Below are positions 58,213 through 64,000 of a DNA stretch of 64,000 nucleotides, piece by piece. The DNA is taken from positions 32,001 through 96,000 of the forward strand of contig CANMWZ010000008.1 of the NCBI GenBank assembly GCA_947501605.1, written 5' to 3'. Each line of letters starts with the position of its first letter. Within the stretch, counting starts at the first letter, position 1. Below the pieces are notes generated by a model that worked only from the letters and a program-made list of their open reading frames with translations, ran no database searches and was not told the origin of the DNA. Both the position numbers and the translations under genes were made by a program. Source of the stretch: Planctomycetota bacterium. GTDB lineage: Bacteria; Planctomycetota; UBA1135; UBA2386.

Positions 58213-60273
58213 ATGCTCCCATCCCACCTAGCAGCAGTCCGGCTCCGGTTCTGGTTCGTTGCCCTGATCATGCTGGCCGCCCACGCGGTCGCTCAGAGCC
58301 CGGCGCAGGAGTCGCCCAAGACTCTGGCGCTGCTCGTCGGCGTCGATCGCTACGCCCAGCCGACCGAAGGCGAGTGGAAAACCCTGCGCGGCTGTGAAAA
58401 CGACATCCAGCTGGTCGCCGAGGTGCTCGTCGAACGCTTCGGGTTTCGCCCCGAAGACATCGTCACACTCAAGTCCGAACAGGCCACGCACGAGGCGATC
58501 GTGCGCGCCTTCTACACACACCTCATCGAAAGGGCCGGCAAGGACACCAAGGTCGTCTTCTGGTTCAGCGGTCATGGTTCCCAAGTTCCCGACCCGTCGC
58601 AGAAGGACCGCGCTGCAGCCGGTGACTACGAGCCGAACAAGGACCAGACCATGCTGGCCCATGACAGTCGCAAGGGCGCCTGGAACGGCAGCTACGACCT
58701 CGCCGACGACGAACTTCATTCGCTGCTTGCAGCATTGAAGTCTCGCGACGTCGTGCTCGTAACCGACTGCTGCCACTCCGGTGGACTGTCGCGTGGCGGC
58801 GAGCAGCTCGGAGTTCGCGGCGAAGCCGATGGCGACCAGCCGCACGATCTCTTGGCTCGCAAACAGTTCTGGCCGGAGACCGTCGCGCTCCTCGAGGATG
58901 ATGACCTGGGGTCGGAGCTTCTCCACGTGGTCCAGATCGCCGCCTGCGCGGCGCATGAAGAAGCCGGCGAAATCGAAGCCGGGGGTCGAGTGCACGGGAC
59001 CCTCACTTGGTTCCTGTGCCAAGCCATGCGAGAACTGCCAGCAACCGCATCGTGGCGCGAGGTCGTCGAGACGGTCCGCGCGCGGATCGCCGGTCGCATG
59101 GGCTCGCGGCCAGCACAATACGTGGACGCCATCGGCAAGGTCTCGCGAGCGATGTTGAGTGGCACGGCGAGGCCGGTACCGCTGGGTTACGTCGTCGAGT
59201 TCTCACCTGCCGGTGACTTGCAGATCGGCGCCGGTCGCATCCACGGCATCGGCAAGGAGACGACCTTTGACCTCCGCGACATCGACGGCAAGCGCGTAGC
59301 CGGCGCATCCGTGATCGACGTCCGAGGAGCAACTACGACCGTTAAGCTGAACGGTCCAGCGAAGTACGGGAAGGCACTTTGGGCGGTCCCGACCGGCAAG
59401 CTCGATGGTCGGTCCCCACTGTCCGTTTGCTTACCCGACGACAAGGCTCAGGAGCTCATCGCGCAGTGCGCCTACGGCATCGCCACTGACGCGGACCACG
59501 CTGACTACCAACTTGCGCGCGTCGCTGACGAAGTGGAGCTTCGCAAGCGAAACGGAGAGACGATTGCGCGAGCCAAGGACGAACCGACCGCCGTCCAGGC
59601 ACTGTTGTTCCGCGAGACCAATTTCCGCTTCCTCTGGGACGCTGTCGCCGCTCGCGGAGTTCACCCAATCGAAGTCTGCGTCAGACCCGCATTACCGGAG
59701 CAGTGCGAGGTCACGGAGGACGGCCGGACACTGCGTGTGGCCGCCGCCACGATCGATGCCAGGGCGAAGGGATCGCACATCCGCGTCACTGCCCCTCTGC
59801 TCGACGACCGCAGAGACAGCGGGGCGATAGTCGTCCTCGAGATCGCCAACCGGAGCGACGAGGACCTGTTCGTCGCCGTGCTCTCGGTGCAAGAAGATCG
59901 TGCGATCACACTGGTGTTGGGAAACGACCGCAACAGCAACCTGATCCACGCAGGGGAGGTGTTCCCAGTGCGGGTGCAGGTCGGACCGTCTGCGGCTTGG
60001 CTTCGCAACCGACCGATGGTCGATCGCTACCTGGTGTTCGCAACGCCCCGCTTTGCGGACTTCCGACCGTTCGCGCAAGCAGCGCCGACGACAGTGCGTG
60101 GCGGCGGCGAGGAGGAAGGGCTCTCCCTGCTGCAGACTCTGCAGTTCGGTGAAGTCACGCGCGGCAGTGACGCCCCCATGCCATGGGGCATCGCCTATGT
60201 CGATCTTGAGCTGCACGCACCGACGGCGAACAGCTCGTCACAGCCGACGAAGCCCGACAAAGCCCTGAAGTAA
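58213..60273 (+). CDS. Exported caspase-family (peptidase C14) protease with a C-terminal DUF4384-like domain
   Basis: Signal peptide ...LIMLAAHAVA-Q; ALLVGVDRY, LRGCEND, catalytic FSGHG and DCCHSG, HGTLTWFL; C-terminal IANRSDEDLFVAVL...DRYLVFAT...W domain. Confidence 0.9.
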   Translation: MLPSHLAAVRLRFWFVALIMLAAHAVAQSPAQESPKTLALLVGVDRYAQPTEGEWKTLRGCENDIQLVAEVLVERFGFRPEDIVTLKSEQATHEAIVRAFYTHLIERAGKDTKVVFWFSGHGSQVPDPSQKDRAAAGDYEPNKDQTMLAHDSRKGAWNGSYDLADDELHSLLAALKSRDVVLVTDCCHSGGLSRGGEQLGVRGEADGDQPHDLLARKQFWPETVALLEDDDLGSELLHVVQIAACAAHEEAGEIEAGGRVHGTLTWFLCQAMRELPATASWREVVETVRARIAGRMGSRPAQYVDAIGKVSRAMLSGTARPVPLGYVVEFSPAGDLQIGAGRIHGIGKETTFDLRDIDGKRVAGASVIDVRGATTTVKLNGPAKYGKALWAVPTGKLDGRSPLSVCLPDDKAQELIAQCAYGIATDADHADYQLARVADEVELRKRNGETIARAKDEPTAVQALLFRETNFRFLWDAVAARGVHPIEVCVRPALPEQCEVTEDGRTLRVAAATIDARAKGSHIRVTAPLLDDRRDSGAIVVLEIANRSDEDLFVAVLSVQEDRAITLVLGNDRNSNLIHAGEVFPVRVQVGPSAAWLRNRPMVDRYLVFATPRFADFRPFAQAAPTTVRGGGEEEGLSLLQTLQFGEVTRGSDAPMPWGIAYVDLELHAPTANSSSQPTKPDKALK

Positions 60274-60280
60274 CCGCGCG

Positions 60281-61426
60281 CTACAGATTGCCTAGCCGGA
60301 TCGCGCCGGTTGGGCAGTTGCGTTCGCAGGCACCATCGCGAGTACACTCGTAGTTGTGCAACTTGCGCACGACGTCTCCGATCGGAACGGCGGCAAAGCC
60401 GCTGGTCACGCACGTGGCAGCACAGATCCCGCAGTGGATGCAGGCGTTCATGTCGACGTGAAGACGCACATGATCGCGCGGTGACGAAGCGATGCGATCC
60501 TCTTCGGCCACGACCACCGGATCACAGTGGTAGCGAGTCAAGGGGTGCGTGGTCAGCACCTCGAGGGCCTCGCGTTCGCCGAGACGCACGATCTCGGTCA
60601 CATCCGGCATGTCCAACAGACCTATGTGCGAGACCTTGGGCTTGATCAGGACAGTGCGATCGTCGACGTAGCGATGCAGGTTCTGCTCGTTGAGAGCCAT
60701 GCCCATGATCTCGTACGTCTGCGAGAGGATGTGTGGCAGGCTCGCGCGGTAGTCGGTCTCCGCGTGCAGGTCACGATGCGACAGATCCACTGCGATCACC
60801 AGATCCGGCTTGCGCGCCTTCGCCAGCCTCAAGCCGAGTGTCTCGGTCATGCCACCGTCGATGTAATGATCGCCCAGCAGTTCCATCGGTTCGAACACCG
60901 CCGGCAAGCAGGCGCTGGCATAGACCGCATCGCCGACCGGGACCTCGTCGGCGCCCGGTAGCCCGAAGAACTGGGAACGTCCGGTCTTCAAGGACAAGGC
61001 GTTGCAGAAGAACGGTCGCGGCAGCTCGGCAAAGTGCTGCTGCGGCAGCCATCGCCGCAGGAATTGGAGGAAGGTCTTGCCCTTGTAAACCGAAGCGTGG
61101 CGGTAGCCCTTCACCAGGAACTTCAACAAGTTCAGCTTGAAGTAGTCCTTGAACGTGATCTGTGACGCAACTTCCTCGATGCGACGACTATCCATTCCAG
61201 TCGCGTACAACCCGCCCATCACCGCACCCATGCTCGTGCCGACGACTTCGTCGATGCGGATACCCAACCGTTCGATGGCACGGATGACACCGATATGGCA
61301 GTAGCCGCGCATGCCGCCGCCGCCGAGGACCAGTACGGTGCGGCGCGACGGCTCCGCCCGCTGTACGGAGAGGCCCGATTCTCGGCTCGAGCGAACCCGG
61401 TCGTTGCTGTCGTTGGGGTGGGACAC
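60281..61426 (-). CDS. Patatin-like phospholipase fused to a C-terminal 2x[4Fe-4S] ferredoxin domain
   Basis: GGGGMRG, GTSMG, ASACLP, DGG; C-terminal CIHCGICAATC and CTRDGACERNCP. Confidence 0.88.
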   Translation of the reverse strand: MSHPNDSNDRVRSSRESGLSVQRAEPSRRTVLVLGGGGMRGYCHIGVIRAIERLGIRIDEVVGTSMGAVMGGLYATGMDSRRIEEVASQITFKDYFKLNLLKFLVKGYRHASVYKGKTFLQFLRRWLPQQHFAELPRPFFCNALSLKTGRSQFFGLPGADEVPVGDAVYASACLPAVFEPMELLGDHYIDGGMTETLGLRLAKARKPDLVIAVDLSHRDLHAETDYRASLPHILSQTYEIMGMALNEQNLHRYVDDRTVLIKPKVSHIGLLDMPDVTEIVRLGEREALEVLTTHPLTRYHCDPVVVAEEDRIASSPRDHVRLHVDMNACIHCGICAATCVTSGFAAVPIGDVVRKLHNYECTRDGACERNCPTGAIRLGNL

Positions 61427-61597
61427 GTTGCGGCAAGAGCTTCGTGCAACCGAACCTGCGACGTCGTGCGCAAGTAATGGCGGCCGATCAACCGATAGAT
61501 CGGAGCGAGTCCGCAGCAGTCTGAAGGAACGTCTTCGATAACTGCGACGGCCAGGGTTGATAGGAGAAGAAGGAACCGGTCTTGCGATCGGATTGAC

Positions 61598-63082
61598 ATG
61601 ACCTCGTGGCGTGAACTACAGCGCATGCCGCGCACCGAACAGCGTCGCCTGCAGGACCGCCTGCTGCAGCGCTACGTGCGCGAGTACCTCTATCCGTTCA
61701 GCTCCTTCTACAAGGAGCAGTTCGATCGCGCCGGCGTCCGTCCGGAGCAAATTCGAACGATCGACGACTTGCGAAGATTGCCGTTGTCGGGCAAGCGCGA
61801 TCTGCTGCCGACGGAGGCCGACCCGCAACGCTTCAAGCGGTTCATCCTGCAGCCAGATCCGCAGTCTCTCAAACAAGCCTGGCCCCTGTCGCGCAAGCTC
61901 CCGCTGCTGCTGCAGAAGTGGACCAAGGGTGTAGCCTCGGTGCGCGAGAAGCTCCGCAACGAGTTCTACCCCTGCTTCATGACGTTCACGACCGGTCGCT
62001 CGGCGGAACCGGTACCGTTCTTCTATTCACCGAAGGACATCCAGAACCTGCACACAACCGGTGCCCGTCTGGTGGACGTGATGGGACTCCACTCGGAGTT
62101 GCGCATCGCCAATGTGTTCCCCTACGCGCCGCATCTTGCGTTCTGGCAAGTGTTCTTCGCCGGGCAAGCAACCGGGATGATGGCACTGTCAACCGGCGGC
62201 GGGAAGGTGATGGGCAGCACGGGCGACCTGCGTGCAATCGCGCGACTGCGGGCCGAAGCCCTGATCGGCGTTCCCGGTTACATCTACCACCTGCTGCGCA
62301 AAGCCGCCGCAGAGCACCTCGACCTGTCCTCGATTCAGTCCGTCGTGCTCGGTGCCGAGCGAGTTCCACCAGGCCTCAAGCAGAAGATCCGAGATCTCCT
62401 TGGCAGCATGGGCGCACGAGAGGTCCGCGTGTTCGGCACCTATGGGTTCACCGAAGCGCGGATGGCCTTCGCTGAGTGTCCCACCCAAGACAACAGTTAC
62501 ACGGGCTACCACCTCTATCCGGACATGGCGATCTTCGAAGTCGTAGATCCGAAGACCGGTGAAGTTGTGCCCGAAGGGTGCGACGGCGAGTTGGTCTTCA
62601 CCCCGCTACAGGCGCGAGCCAGCACGGTCTTCCGCTATCGCACCGGCGACCTGGTCCGCGGCGGTATCCAATACGATCCCTGCCCTCACTGCGGCCGTAC
62701 CGTACCCAGGATCAGCAGCGATCTCACGCGTGAGTCGTCGCTCAAGGACCTCCAACTTCTCAAGGTCAAGGGCACGCTTGTGAATCTCGAAGACTGCGCT
62801 GTGGTGCTCGGCGGTATCGCCGAAGTCGAAGAGTGGCAGATCGAACTGCGCAAGAAGGACGATGACCCTCTGGAGGTCGACGAGATGATTGTCCACCTCA
62901 CGGTGCGCGACGAAGCGATGCGCGAAGTCATCGCCAAGCAGGTGCGTGAGCAGTTCAAGGGCCGACTGGAGATCGCGCCGAATCGAGTCGAGTTCCTCGG
63001 CCTCGACGCGATGCTCCGGAAGATCGGCATGGAGACCGAGATGAAGGAGAAGCGCTTCGTCGATGCGAGGCCGAAATCATGA
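61598..63082 (+). CDS. Phenylacetate--CoA ligase-like (ANL superfamily) protein
   Basis: IRTIDDLRRLP, TTGRSAEP (variant P-loop), YGFTEA, GELVFT, RYRTGDL, CPHCGR, KVKG. Confidence 0.82.
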   Translation: MTSWRELQRMPRTEQRRLQDRLLQRYVREYLYPFSSFYKEQFDRAGVRPEQIRTIDDLRRLPLSGKRDLLPTEADPQRFKRFILQPDPQSLKQAWPLSRKLPLLLQKWTKGVASVREKLRNEFYPCFMTFTTGRSAEPVPFFYSPKDIQNLHTTGARLVDVMGLHSELRIANVFPYAPHLAFWQVFFAGQATGMMALSTGGGKVMGSTGDLRAIARLRAEALIGVPGYIYHLLRKAAAEHLDLSSIQSVVLGAERVPPGLKQKIRDLLGSMGAREVRVFGTYGFTEARMAFAECPTQDNSYTGYHLYPDMAIFEVVDPKTGEVVPEGCDGELVFTPLQARASTVFRYRTGDLVRGGIQYDPCPHCGRTVPRISSDLTRESSLKDLQLLKVKGTLVNLEDCAVVLGGIAEVEEWQIELRKKDDDPLEVDEMIVHLTVRDEAMREVIAKQVREQFKGRLEIAPNRVEFLGLDAMLRKIGMETEMKEKRFVDARPKS

Positions 63083-64000
63083 CCAATCACGATCTTGATC
63101 TGGCAATCGTCGCCGGCTGGCGTACGCCATTCTGCAAGGCTGGAGGTGCACTCGCAGGAGCCAGCGCCGCCGACCTCGCCACCCATGTTTTCCGCGAAGT
63201 GCTCGACCGCACCGGCATCGATCCGAAGGCAATCGATGAAGTGATCCTCGGCTGCGCGGGACCTGACGCCGCCGAAGCCAACGTCGCGCGCGTTGCAGCC
63301 CTGCGCTCGGGACTCCCCAAGGAGATCCCCGCCGTCACCGTGATGCGCAACTGTGCCTCCGGCATGGAAGCACTGCTGGCAGCCGAACAGCGCTTGCGGG
63401 CCGGCGACGGCGAGGTCTTTCTCGTCGGCGGGGCCGAGTCGATGAGCAACTTCCCGTTGCTCATGGGCAAGCGACTGGTCAAGTTCTTCACGGGTTTGCA
63501 GAAGGCGCGCAGCGTCACTCAGCGACTCATGGCGCTGTCCAAGTTCCGAGTGTCGTCGATGAAGCCCCGGGTCGCTGTGGTGGAAGGTCTGACTGACCCC
63601 ATCACCGGATTGATGATGGGCAACACGGCCGAAAACGTCGCTCGACTGTTCGGCATCGACCGCGCCGCAATGGATGCATTCTCATTGCAGAGCCACCAAC
63701 GTGCGGAAGCTGCGATCGCGGCAAACCGATTCGCAGTCGAGATCGCACCATTCGCGAGCCAACCGCATTTTGCTGCGATGATCAGCAGCGACGATGGCGT
63801 GCGCCAAGGCCAGACGATGGAAGCGCTGGCCAAGCTGCGCCCCGTGTTCGACAAGAACGCTGGCGATGTCACGGTCGGAAACGCCTGTCAACTCACGGAC
63901 GGAGCCGTGGGCATGCTGTGCATGTCGCTCGCACGAGCCAAAGCGCTCGGCCTGCAACCTCTGGCCGTCATTCGCGGCCACGCACGAGTGGGTCTGTCGC
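63079..64000 (+). CDS. Acetyl-CoA C-acyltransferase (thiolase, FadI-like); truncated by the right edge
   Basis: Not in the ORF track. ATG 63079 overlaps the upstream TGA. Hand translation gives RTPFCKAGG, IDEVILGC, NVARVAAL, TVMRNCASG (catalytic Cys), GGAESMS, MGNTAE, DDGVR, TVGNACQLTDGA. Confidence 0.93.
   Translation, partial: MTNHDLDLAIVAGWRTPFCKAGGALAGASAADLATHVFREVLDRTGIDPKAIDEVILGCAGPDAAEANVARVAALRSGLPKEIPAVTVMRNCASGMEALLAAEQRLRAGDGEVFLVGGAESMSNFPLLMGKRLVKFFTGLQKARSVTQRLMALSKFRVSSMKPRVAVVEGLTDPITGLMMGNTAENVARLFGIDRAAMDAFSLQSHQRAEAAIAANRFAVEIAPFASQPHFAAMISSDDGVRQGQTMEALAKLRPVFDKNAGDVTVGNACQLTDGAVGMLCMSLARAKALGLQPLAVIRGHARVGLS

Noticed and set aside
58213..61426. Caspase + patatin as a CBASS- or gasdermin-like defence operon
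   Set aside because: The genes are convergent; no cyclase, gasdermin, NLR or TIR gene is present; the patatin fits better with the divergent acyl-CoA operon.

Overview
High-GC bacterial chromosomal window, most likely Planctomycetota (inferred from the DUF1549/DUF1553 + DUF1501 pair and two ECF sigma factor/Ser-Thr kinase tandems). It holds about 50 genes. From left to right: (1) a BNR-repeat protein, the DUF1549/1553-DUF1501 pair and a first ECF-kinase pair; (2) a ~25 kb exosortase-A-type exopolysaccharide locus at 8.5-33.5 kb, with GT2s, a GT2-FemAB fusion, a degenerate sensor, an NtrC-type regulator, a TPR protein, a deacetylase, exosortase-EpsI, GT4s, AsnB, an O-antigen-ligase-like protein, a chain-length protein, Wza, rfbB/D/A and an epimerase; (3) two zinc-ribbon membrane proteins, ggt/NIL, tRNA-Cys and housekeeping genes (yidC, miaA, rsmG, hisS, nadD, sucCD, dcd); (4) a stand-alone 1183-aa prepilin-type protein; (5) an ECF sigma + membrane Ser/Thr kinase divergent from an exported caspase-family protease; (6) a patatin-4Fe-4S fusion and a CoA-ligase/thiolase operon running off the right edge. 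The best candidate for an undescribed system is the caspase/kinase/ECF module, where the protease and the kinase's extracytoplasmic tail share an Arg-Gly motif. No CRISPR array, rRNA, integrase or transposase was seen. All family calls come from motif recognition by eye, not database searches, and many start codons were moved inward relative to the ORF track.
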